Of a stretch of DNA of 64,000 nt, positions 38,901-49,560 are shown piece after piece. Every line of letters begins with the position of its first letter. Position 1 is the first letter of the stretch. A program made the position numbers and the translations under genes. Origin of the DNA: Tubiluchus corallicola (Eukaryota > Animalia > Priapulida); the NCBI GenBank assembly GCA_030141605.1, contig JAQGDQ010000295.1:186001-250000 (forward strand), in the 5' to 3' direction. The notes beneath the pieces were generated by a model. That model saw only the letters and a list, made by a program, of their open reading frames with translations, made no database searches and was not told the origin of the DNA.

Positions 38901-41900
38901 TATAAACACAATGCTGCTAAAAAATTTCCATAATTCAGTTTGACCATATTTTTTAGGAGCCTGTCAGAAGATTTCTAGTCTGCAGCTTTTCATTTATATA
39001 ATTTGTTTATATATAATTTATACATGGGCCTATATATTGTTTAACTTGCGCATGCAAAAATGATTAAGATCACCCTTGAACCCTGTATTTCTTTGCGGTC
39101 CAAAGTTTGTGTAACAATATTACACATTGAACGTTGTTTATCTGTATTACAGCATTGCTGTGTTTGCTAAATTTCGAACGGAATTCCCCAGTTAAAAGCC
39201 ATCTAGGCCTACACAACCATTTGTACAGTAAGGTCTCTTTGTACATAAATTTAGATACTATAATATAGTGTTCAGCCATGAGTTGTGAGAAGCAGTGCAT
39301 TCATGTTGCTTCACTTAATCTTCATTATAACGGCACAAATTTGAAATGGACAGTTTTATGAGCAGTTTGCCAGGAAGGGACTTTTTCATAGCTTCATGTT
39401 TGATATTTTGAAATGTTTCTTCTTCTGAAATGACCTGAGATGTAGCAATGTGTGCAACTTTTGTCGATATTTTATGTTTTAGTACATTACATTGCATTAC
39501 ATTGACTCACATTACCAGATCCTCCACTGATTCTATTTTGGTTTGTGTAATGTATATATATATATATATATATACGCCATTTAAATTAGGTTTTAGTGTC
39601 TGTGGTGTATTTTTATCTAAGATATTCGTTCATGTAATGATTGCATGAACATTCATGTGCAATCATTACATGAACAAATATCTTAGATAAAAGTACACTA
39701 CAGGCACTAAAATCTAATTAAAATATCCTATTTGCTAAATGTTTTTAAATTATAATTGAAACCTTTTTAATTGTTTTAGAAATTTAAGAATCACAACATC
39801 AGATATATAAAAATATTCTGCCCAGGGCACGGATCAGTTCCCAGCCTAAAAGTAGTGAAAAGGTATGCTGCATAAATTAAGACAGTCACTTCTGTGCAAT
39901 CAAAACATGAAAGTAACAAGGACAAGAACAACAACAACATCCGGATGAATAGTGATTTGGCTGATGTTCTCAACCAAAAATTCTCTTGTGCCATGATATC
40001 TTTTTAATTGTTTAATTTTGCATTAGTTCAAAATTTTTAAGTTCATACTTAACACAAATTTCAGTAGTCTTTGGGTCATATTATGCGATGCCATGATGAA
40101 ACCGGGAATTTTTTTCTCTATTATGGCATCATCGTCCACATTTGCTGTGTCTTGAATAATGGGTCAATGTTACATGTGACACACACAATGTTTGTTAATA
40201 AAAGTACAGCAGAGTTTTTTGTTTTTTGGCTTTTTTTCACGTATAATGATTTTCGTTTCGTACTTCTATCTTTTACGTCCATAATGGTAAAGCGTTTATC
40301 TAAATGTTCCAAATTTCCAGTTAGTTATGAAGTCAAATTGAATGCCATTGTGAGCACTCAGTGTAGATTTAGTTTTTTTAATTATGAAAATGTAGAGAAA
40401 TTTGCGTATATTATCCATGGCAAAATTTTGGTGAGAAATAATGCACAAATTTGTTTTATAGGAAATTTGCATTGTACCATATTTCAATCAGTAAACTTGG
40501 AGCTAAATGAAATGACACTATTTTCTGTCATTAGAAGAGTATTTATTTGTTTCAAGTTGAACATTTTTTACATCAAGTAAATTCTGTGCTTTTATTCTTA
40601 TCTAGGTTTTACAAAGCGGTGGATAATTTCATGAACAGCGATTCAGAAAAAGGTGTGTTGTTTCTTTCACAAAGTTGCAATGGTAGTTGTTTAGTGTAGA
40701 AAACTAGTAGTGAGAAAAGATGATAATACTGTCACCCGCACATATGCACAGATAATTAAATTAGATTAGATTAGGTTTTTTGACTAATAGTTACGAATAC
40801 ACGGGGTAAGAACTTAACAATGAGGAAATTAGTCCAACAGGAAGAATGCTCAAATTGATCAGTTAACAATTAAAATAACTTGAAACAGTCAGACACAAAA
40901 TTAATGACTAACTTAGTGTCCTGGTGAGAGGAAATACTAAATTTAGAGTCCTTGTTAATATCATTAAAAATGGTCTTTTTCCTGGCAAATGCAGTTTTTT
41001 TAACAATGACATAGCATGTGCTTTTCCTCCTGAACTGCACCATTAGCACCCAGTGCACAGTCACACACGTGTATATATCTTGGTCTCTGCCTCCATCTTC
41101 CAGTTTCTACAAGAAGTCTATGAATGGAGAAAATGTCACTCATATACATTTTTACAGCCGTAATTTGTAATATTCTAAAAACTCTAAATTTGCACTATAG
41201 CAAGAAATAACGAAATTATGCCATTTTTATGATGTGGTGAACTGCAAGATTAATATTTTCCGTACTTAGCCAGAATCCATCCTTGTGGGTTATAACCTGT
41301 GAGAGGGTGCTTTTTTCAACTGGTCAGATTAGCCCTCCATAACAGATCTGCCATTAAAATAATTCAATCAAAAGTTAATATTTTGATATGGAATTATAAT
41401 GGTGTAGAACATGCCTCTCAATTTTGTTTTTCTTGCCGCGACTGGCGTCTCTCGGAAAAACCCTGAGCGTGCCCGGTCGTAATTTTTAGAGATCAAGCCA
41501 AAATTTTCCTGGTTCACATCAATGTCTTACCTGGATTTTAATTCAATGTTGTTTTTTTCATCGTTTGCTACTGTTACTGGGGTGGCGGTATTTAATATTA
41601 AGTTGTCAACAGTCCTGTGTGTTGTAGGCTGGAGGTGTAATGTAAGTTTCCATTCTAGATTTGAACCTTCATGTTATTTTGGTATTTTGGCAGATTTGAT
41701 TTGTGTAAACCTGTGAACAGCATGTCCTACTGCATCTGTGCACACTTAAATGAGTCACACATAAACACAATAAAATTGCTTAGTATTCCCATAAACTTAC
41801 GGAAAGGGGGTAAAAGATTCCCACAGTTTGGCCTTTTTAGGCAAGTAATTAAATCAGCTTGATTCTTATCTGGGGCTCTCAGACTTGAAGTAATAAAGCA

Positions 41901-43003
41901 TAGCTGCTTTAATAAACCGCCACATTTTTTCTGTTGTACTGAAGCTGACAGTCTTGCCACAAGATGTACAGTAGCGGCAGGTTTCACAATGTCTCTTCAG
42001 TTTTATGCAACACCTATCATGGTTGAATCCTTACTTTTACCTGTGCAGATACCTGTTCGTTTAATTTCACACTCGCATCCAGGTATGTAAACGAGACACG
42101 TTAACCTGATGCAGGCCAGTTTAAATTAGATTGGTTTTTAATCCCAAAGCAAACAAAACTCTCCTGCAACTGAAGCTGGTTGGGTCTTCTGTAACTTGTC
42201 ACATTCTTCGTTGGCTACTCAACTAAACTTTATATTACCTTCACATTCTTTGTACTTCGCTAAAATAACTTTTGGAAAACTTAGCAAAGTGTTTTCTGGA
42301 AGTTTGCGGGCATTGCCGTTTATTTGGAGTGGTTCGTTATCTTTCATTTCTCAAGAGATATCTGCATGGATTATGCAAAATCAAGATTGATGTTTTACCT
42401 TGTGCCATCTTAGTTATTTGTTGCTTCGTAAATATTTGCTGGATTCCTGGCATAGTTTGATGCAAGAAAAAACTTTTAAACCTTTCTCTTTATTTTATAT
42501 GTCTGTTATTTGTTTATTCAGAATTCCATATCGGACATTTTTTTGTCCAGTCAAGGTAATTAATTCCTGTAGCCTGACCTTTATTGAACAACTGCATCAG
42601 CTATTATTATCCATCTAAGAGATTACCAGAGACAACATTGTTTAACTGATAGCTGATGCTACCGCATACCCCCCATGCTGATTCATGTCGCAGTCATTTA
42701 GTCTATGTCCTTTATTACATTTTTATAAGTTTGCCAACATTAACAAATTGGGGGTTAACTACCTTTGTTATTCAGATACCTGGTTATGATTTACACAGAA
42801 ATGAATCTGCTTCACGATCCACTTTGGGTGGTGATGATGGTGATCAACCACGATGATATTGATTACTTTTAAATATTGCTGCTGCTGTCCTGTTATGTAC
42901 ATTAATAACATATTTTTTCTACATGAATTTTAATGTTTTTAGAAGCACTCGTGGGAGTTCATTGTACCCATGGGATCAACCGTACTGGATACCTTATCTG
43001 CAG
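26914..43003 (+). CDS. DUSP11: DUSP11 / PIR1 RNA 5'-tri/diphosphatase, first seven coding exons (3' incomplete)
   Basis: Exons 26914-26945, 30357-30432, 31039-31070, 32718-32817, 39780-39862, 40606-40652 and 42943-43003, all GT-AG and phase-compatible. Protein MGKKIKAIPDRWRAYSKFGSVVNGTRFFPFKVPLKEALSRSLLEDERFTPTSFVEHLNQNNKPLGLLIDLTNTQRYYCPMKFKNHNIRYIKIFCPGHGSVPSLKVVKRFYKAVDNFMNSDSEKEALVGVHCTHGINRTGYLICR. GTRF.FKVPL and HCTHGxNRTGYLICR favour DUSP11 over RNGTT. Confidence 0.92.
27030..27780 (+). mobile_element. Decayed non-LTR retrotransposon 3' fragment
   Basis: Interrupted reading KTNFKNKFNNDLKCLLCKIRDD (C-terminal zinc-knuckle-like), ending in AATAAA plus a (CTAAA)n tail at about 27757-27778. 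Confidence 0.4.
28190..28400 (+). mobile_element. PIF/Harbinger transposase N-terminal fragment
   Basis: RKHKFWVHNILQGREQYGRYHHLVKELQLDAQHITIYFFHLSKTQIEKILLFVGPQVSKTD follows the Harbinger WV...RxxxG.xxxLxxEL...FxxYFRMS...LLxxVxPxIxKxDT pattern; no DDE core follows. Confidence 0.75.
28990..29650 (+). mobile_element. Decayed LINE ORF2 C-terminal fragment
   Basis: FEHVQNKFAKWTLGVHSSASNIACKAELGLYPL, NKLSFYRNLKNSYSLKSYL, LRVSDHELQIE, LCILC...HFVFTCP, with frameshifts. Confidence 0.75.
30510..30830 (+). mobile_element. L2/CR1 LINE 3' end
   Basis: YGECALPNAAPREWKKLPISLRSITDFNDFKMNVKTYL matches L2 GDRAFSxAAPxLWNxLP...FKxxLKTHLF; 3' tail GTGCTTTATAAATAAAT. Confidence 0.75.
38050..38532. repeat. Polypurine (GA-rich) low-complexity tract
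   Basis: About 480 bp dominated by A/G on the + strand; generates the spurious S/L/P-rich and E/R/G-rich ORFs. Confidence 0.9.
39579..39724 (+). other. Near-perfect 67-bp-arm inverted repeat (hairpin)
   Basis: Arms 39579-39645 and 39658-39724; hand-aligned on the + strand as 61 Watson-Crick pairs, 4 G-U pairs and 2 mismatches, with a 12-nt loop. Confidence 0.9.
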
Positions 43004-44297
43004 GTATGTGTAACTCACGTTTACTTCAAACCACTTCCATTTTCATTGATTTTAAACATTTCGTGAACCTGCAAATATGTTTTACTGTATGAGTTTATAA
43101 AAATTTGATGAAAATGTAATCGTTTGTGTGACTGGGAATGGTAGAATATTATACATGGTGCACACGGTGCAAAATCTGTGTGCAGCAACTTGTTTAACGC
43201 AGATTTTTTCGTATGTGTGAACGCTGTTTTACCAACTTTGTTGCGCCCAGATTTTTAGTAAACATGCTTAATTTTTTATCTCAAACAAATTGGTCTTACT
43301 GTCATCTGCGGGCTTGGAACAAAAATTTGTAAAAAATGGAGCCAGATCAGACCAATAAGAAGCTGTCATTTTATCATTACTCACGATAGATTGCTTCATA
43401 CAAAATTTGTCGTGTGCGGGCAACTTTCGTCTGAGATGGTTCGTATCAGACACTTTGTTGCACATAGATTTTTCACTGTATGCAACTATTTTAATAGTTA
43501 TTTAGAGTTCTAGACCTAGATACTCTGCTGTTACTTTTACAATGATGCATAGTATAGCATCACCGGTAGCTGCTAATTTTATACTTTTCAAGATTTAATG
43601 TTTTTATCATTTCTGCTCGTAGGACATCTTGACCCAGACAAAATCGGAACGTGTAAATTTGCCAGATTTTATTTACTTAGCTCTCATCTGCAGGCACTCG
43701 AGCAGTCGCCTCTTTTTTTGGCGTGAAATGATTTTCTTTTTTTCACTGGTTGGAGATACTGAACGTGCGAAATTATGTTGAAATCATTGGCAAACTGGTT
43801 TTTCAAAAAAAACGGTATCCCAGACTTTCTGCTGTATGAATTGTATTCTGGAGTTACAGGAGGTAGTTTCCCCCATTTAGCAGAAGTGAGACCAAAAGGA
43901 ATTCCTCTTGCCTATCTCCTTCCCTTTTCTATTTTGACCTTTTCCATATTGTTTTTATTTTTCATTTCATACTTTCGCAACCATGCAAGTGGTGGTCAAG
44001 ACACTGTCAGTTCAGTGTCTTATCTTAGAGGAATGTTCTTGATAATTCCTGTCCAGCCACAACAACTTACATTAACTAAGCACGACTGCTACATACCAGT
44101 CAAGTCTCAGCTTGAAAAGTGCTGTATTGTAACGTGAAAAAACAATGTCTTTGAAGAATTAGAATTTTTCCGTGGTGCGAGATCTCTAGCAAATTAATTC
44201 ATGGAAAACTAGTTTTGAAGATGAAAACTACGCAAATGCTGTAATTTTGGCTAATCTTAAACCTTTATTTACCCGTGAAAAAAATTCTTGTTAAAAG

Positions 44298-44640
44298 TTG
44301 TGCTTATCAATTCAAAATCCTAATAATATAATCCACGCTTTATTGCCAGATGCATATACTCATAGATGTGGTACTCATTTGAAATACCCCTTACCTAAAT
44401 GCAGAACACAGAGATTCAAGAGCAGTTTTATCTCATATGGTTTGTTTAAGTTTAAACTCGTTTTATTTAGTTCATGTATATGTGTAACACTGCTTGTCAC
44501 TATTTTATTTGCTTATATTTATATTTAATACTGTGTATTATATATTACAAAAATTGTATTACAAAAATTTTATATTTTGTAATTTCATACTGTGTTGTAA
44601 TTCAACCTCTTGGTTGTAATGATAAATAGACTTAAACTAT
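44298..44640 (+). mobile_element. LINE (CR1/Rex1-like) 3' end
   Basis: NNIIHALLP...YPLPKCRTQRFKSSFISYGL matches the HxLLP...RTxRFKNSFIP C-terminal motif. Confidence 0.65.
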
Positions 44641-45239
44641 TGTTATTACAAAAATCTTACAAATTGAAAAATTCTTCTTTGTGATTAGTATCCCTATATA
44701 CAGAAGATGTGAATGCAAGGTGTAATGAAGTAACAAAACTTTTCAGGCTTTCTAATTTATTTGATGTTTCTGAATTTTATTTTATTTTTTATTAAGAACT
44801 ACATAAGTTGCTTTGGTGCAGAAGTGTTTTGAGCATAGTGATTTCATAATATTGAAACTTTAACCATATTATTAATCAGTTTATATTATGTTAAAAAACT
44901 ATTGATCTTGAAGCAATGTATGATCATAGAGGAGCTTGTAGTAAATACTTAATCAAGCGTATAAAAAATAACGATATCCAAATCTTCGTTATTTTGATCA
45001 TCGTGGCTATCATCAATTTATATTGCCCAAAGTTAGAACATCCATATGTAAAGGTACATTTATACCAAAGGCAACTTTTGTTTTAAGCTGACGTAGTTTC
45101 TATGCTATTTTTATATGGACCCCATCGTTTTCGTTAAGATTTTAAATAAATTTTTTATTTTATTTTATACCGTATTTGTAATTGTAAAAACTACATGTCC
45201 TTTGTGCTGTAGATTTGAATAAACTAATTAATTGATTAA

Positions 45240-45550
45240 TTATATTATATTATATTATATTATATTATATTATATTATATTATATTATATTATATTATAT
45301 TATATTATATTATATTATATTATATTATATTATATTATATTATATTATAATATAATATAATATAATATAATATAATATAATATAATATTATATTATATTA
45401 TATTATATTATATTATATTATATTATATTATATTATATTATATTATATTATATTATATTATATTATATTATATTATATTATATTATATTATATTATATTA
45501 TATTATATTATTATGTGATGTCATATCATATCATATCATATCATATATTA
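45240..45550. repeat. (TTATA)n array with internal inverted (TAATA)n block, then (TCATA)n
   Basis: Read directly; orientation switches at about 45347/45348 and 45386/45387. Confidence 0.95.
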
Positions 45551-46823
45551 TACTAGCAATTATATTAATATTATGTTTTAAAGAAAAGATATTTTAATGC
45601 AGTAAACTGAAATAAGACACTTATGGCAGACAAAACATTAAAATTTTCCCTAGCATACTATTTTACTATTAAGTGTCTTTTACTTACCAAATTTTTTTAT
45701 TTTATGCATCCATCATTTTAAAAAGTTCATTTAACAATTGTAGATTGTGTTTAAACTTGCCCTACATTGTATCAATTTATTAGGGCAGTGTTAACAATGG
45801 TTTAGATATGATTATTTTCTTTTTAACACAAAAGACATTAAAAATTACAACCATGCAATCCACTCTGGCATTAGTAATTATTAGCAGTCAGTCAAGTCAA
45901 GTAATTGTTAACTAGTCAATAGTTAACAATTGCTTTAAATGTCAATTTAGTTTTGACATCATTTGTATTAAAAACTAAATTGATTTGTACAAAGCATTGT
46001 TCGTATTGGTGATTGTTATATTTTATGTATATCAGCTGTCGGTATGACCTTTTTTCAATAACTATATTGTAAAGTTGACCCTCTGCTGTAGTCGTGTTGT
46101 AAAATCATTCAGGTTTTTAAGTCGCTGTCATTACCATCATTAAAAACCAGTTAAGAAAGTCTAACTGAATGAGAAAGCAAAAAATATAGCTCTTTGGAAG
46201 GAGAAGGCGGCGCTTTTCATAGCGATTAGCACCACATTTGCCGTTTTTAAGCTAATTGAATAGATGTCTACGTGGGCGGATCGAAGAGCAAATGTAGGGC
46301 GTGTCTAATGCACAAAAAGTTGTAGGAGTAAAGAAGAGAAAGCTGATTTGTGTTATTTCTCAGTCAGTGTTTTTTGTTTGCTTAAGTTGTTTGTCAACTT
46401 ATTTAGATTTATGTATCTATTATAACTATAATGGAGAAACATCCACTTTTACAATACAAGTTACAATATAAGTTCATTCATCACCAAAAGGTTGAATTAT
46501 AGCACAGCATAAAACTACAAAATATGAAAATTTAAAAGAATAAACAAGATAGAACATACTACACTGCTACAAGATGCATGAACGATATAAATTAAAATGA
46601 ATTCAAACTTGGGTTTGGAAATTACTTTACTTATCCAACTTAGATAGTTTTTGAGAACTTTGTTATTCATGTCAATCAAAATTTATTTTCGATAAACATG
46701 TCGGTTAGCTTTATTTATTGGTAGATGTTAATATTAGAGAAGCCTTACACTTAGTTTTATTTACCTGTTTTAACTTAGTTAGTTTTTGAGAAATGTGTTT
46801 ATATGTCGGAATTTATTTTCACA

Positions 46824-47005
46824 GCTAAAGTTTACAATTCCTCCACACACAAGAAATTAGTTTGTGAAGCAGATTAGGGTTAGAGTTAGGGTTAGGATTA
46901 GGGTCAGTGTTATGGTTAGGGTCGGAGTTAGGTTTAGGGTGAGTGTCAGGGTTAGGGTTAGGGATAGGGTATTGAAATTATGTGGGGAATTGTAAACTCC
47001 TTCCC
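46824..47005. mobile_element. MITE with internal degenerate TTAGGG repeats (8-bp TSD, Merlin-like)
   Basis: TIR cores AGTTTACAATTCCTCCACA and TGTGGGGAATTGTAAACT; TTTTCACA duplicated at 46816-46823 and 47006-47013; interior about 46874-46970 is (TTAGGG)-like. Confidence 0.75.
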
Positions 47006-49043
47006 TTTTCACAAATGTTTTATTTATCTGCTGAAGCTATCTGTTGTATTGCCATTTCAGATCACCCCAGCCACACAGCATTAATATATGTAATTGAAAT
47101 TAAGCTACAGTCTTAAATTGTTACATAAATGCACAAGTCGGCTGTTGTTTAAATGTCTGTATGTTGGCTAAAAAAATCTTGAGATCTTGTTAGTATTAAG
47201 TAGTGTTTTTCTGTAAAAGTAGTTCAGAAATACAAGTTAAGTGTTACTACTACATTAAACCGGCTAGGTACAACTAAATGCCTATTCCAGTTTGCGCATC
47301 GGTATAGTTAGACATGTTGGTTACAGCTAGAACTTGGAAAGGTGACCAGCATTATATGATTGCCATTTTTATTTTAACATTATTCTTAATAAAGTTCCAC
47401 AACTCTGTTTTTGCTCAATTTATTCCACAGTTGAGAGAAGAACTTATGCATAACTCAAGAATTGAAATTCTTAATTGATAAGCTTTTGTCTCAGTTTATT
47501 TTATGCCACAAAGAGGATTACATTGTTTAAAGATCTGCTGTCATTTTATGTTGACAACCATCTAACAAAATGTTTTATAAAGTTCTATTCACATCTGATG
47601 TTTTGCTCCTGACCTATCAGGTTAGTGTGAACCTGGCTTAATGCAGTGTAACTGTTCATCTACGAACCCTGTTCATTCAATTTGTGTGATATGCACAGAC
47701 AGCAAAATGTGCATTATGTATTCGTTCTGAACATGCGCAACAGTCTCTGCTAGTAAGGTTTGAGCATTCTATTGTCACATTCCTGGAGTTCAAAGGCCAT
47801 GCAAATTATAAGTAAATTACAGAATAAAAATGTCAGCCAAATTCACTTCTGCATTGTCTGCATCTTGGGTGGCCATTTTTATACCCTATTTAATTCTTCC
47901 CATTTTTATTGAAAAATTATTTGTTTATCCCAGCAAATAACTGTAACTCTTTCTTCTATTTAAATGGTAGACACTCTTATTAGTCTGACCCATTATTCTC
48001 CGAGTGGATGCCTCCGGGGGACTACCTTTGTTGACTGGTTTTATAATTATTGGATTTAGATTGTGTTTGTGTTTTGGTCGTAAATTTTATTGAAATGAAA
48101 TCCATCCACTAAATTTTGCAAGCAAAACGACATTTTTCATTTGATGTTTCATTTGTCAGGAAATTTTGACTGGAGTTTACTCAGACAGTTATAACTTGTC
48201 AGAATAATTTTTATATGAACGTAGACCAGTATTTGCCTTACTTTGTAAATGTAAAATTTATCTTGATTTTTATTGCTTTAAAATGTCCACATAAATACTT
48301 TCAAGTTTGAATAGACAATTAACCAACAACGTAGATAACATATTTTACTGTCTATTAAGATACAGTGTATATATAGAAACACCGAAGAAAATTTTTTTGA
48401 AGAGTGATTTTTGTTCAATTTTGCAGCCTTTAGTGGCATTTACCAGATATCCGGAATGAGCTATGCGTTCTTGAATATCCAGCTGTGTGTAAAAAATCAA
48501 CAGGAATAGCTGCAGAAAAATAACGCAATAACGCGGGTCTGACAAACGGGATCGATGAAAACAATACAAAGTGATTTTTGTGCAATAACGCGTTCCAGAC
48601 ATCTGGTAAACGCCGCTTAATTCTAAATTGCTGCCTCGTGCCCCATGTCCAATTTCAAAGAAACGTATCTTCTGGAATTAATAACCTGATCATTCCTTCT
48701 CGTAGTTTCCACTTACTGTCGACTTTTTAAAAAATGTGATATCGTCTGACTATTCTTAATTGAATTACTACACCATTCATTTTGGTTATTAAAGGTACAT
48801 GATCGAAAAGATGAATTTCTCTGCTGCTGAGGCTCTTAAAGGTAAGACAATTTTAATTGCATGACGAATTGCAAAAAATGTAACAATGGCAACAGTTTTA
48901 GTATTTGTATTTTTTACTTTTTGGGGGAAATATGGCTCCAAACAGTGTAGTAGAGTAAATGACAAAAAAAAAACCATAAAAAAGCATGCTGATTAGAAAC
49001 GTTTGACAAGAAGTTATCATATTTATTACTTCGATGATAATTA

Positions 49044-49560
49044 CCGTATTTTCCCATGTATAAGAGACCCTTGTGTATAAGAGACCCCTTCAATTTTTAG
49101 GCAAAAATTCTGGAAAAAAGTTTTTTGGTAATGAATAACTTTATTCATCATAGAAATCATTAAATTCCTCATCACTCTCATCAAAAATATCAACTGGAGT
49201 CAGACCTTCAGCAATTCCAGCCAGTTCATCATCAGAGGAGTCACTCTGCTCAAAAATGGCATTGTCCTCTGTGCCGTCCATGGCATTGGAGATGCCACAC
49301 TTCTTGAAAGATTTAATAATGACCTCTGGCTTTACACCATTCCATGCCTTGAGGACCCAGCTGCAGGCTTCTCCAATGGTTGGCTTTCTTACCTTGCCAG
49401 TTGATGTCAGATTGGAGTCGGCATCTTGCATCCACTTCGTCCACTCCTCTCACAATTTATGCATCTTATTGAAAAGCTTACTCCCATGTATAAGAGACCC
49501 CCTATTTTTAAAGTGAAAATTCTGAGCAAAAAAGGGTCTCTTATACACGGGAAAATACGG
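49044..49560 (-). mobile_element. pogo/Tc2-type deletion derivative retaining the transposase C-terminus
   Basis: TIRs CCGTATTTTCCCATGTATAAGAGACCC and GGGTCTCTTATACACGGGAAAATACGG, with TA TSD. Minus-strand ORF EWTKWM...TSTGKVRKPTIGEACSWVLKAWNGVKPEVIIKSFKKCGISNAMDGTED plus an acidic tail is the pogo/POGK C-terminus. Confidence 0.92.

Noticed and set aside
40071-40580. 169-aa ORF in DUSP11 intron 5
   Set aside because: Non-ATG start, F/I/V-rich composition typical of AT-rich non-coding DNA, and no recognisable domain.
26914-43003. mRNA capping enzyme RNGTT
   Set aside because: Motifs FKVPL and GYLICR fit DUSP11 rather than RNGTT (LKTML, GFLICA), and no guanylyltransferase exons were seen.
43610-43670. 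Possible DUSP11 'ARGH..IER.N' exon
   Set aside because: Resemblance requires several indels and there is no suitable open exon; likely chance.
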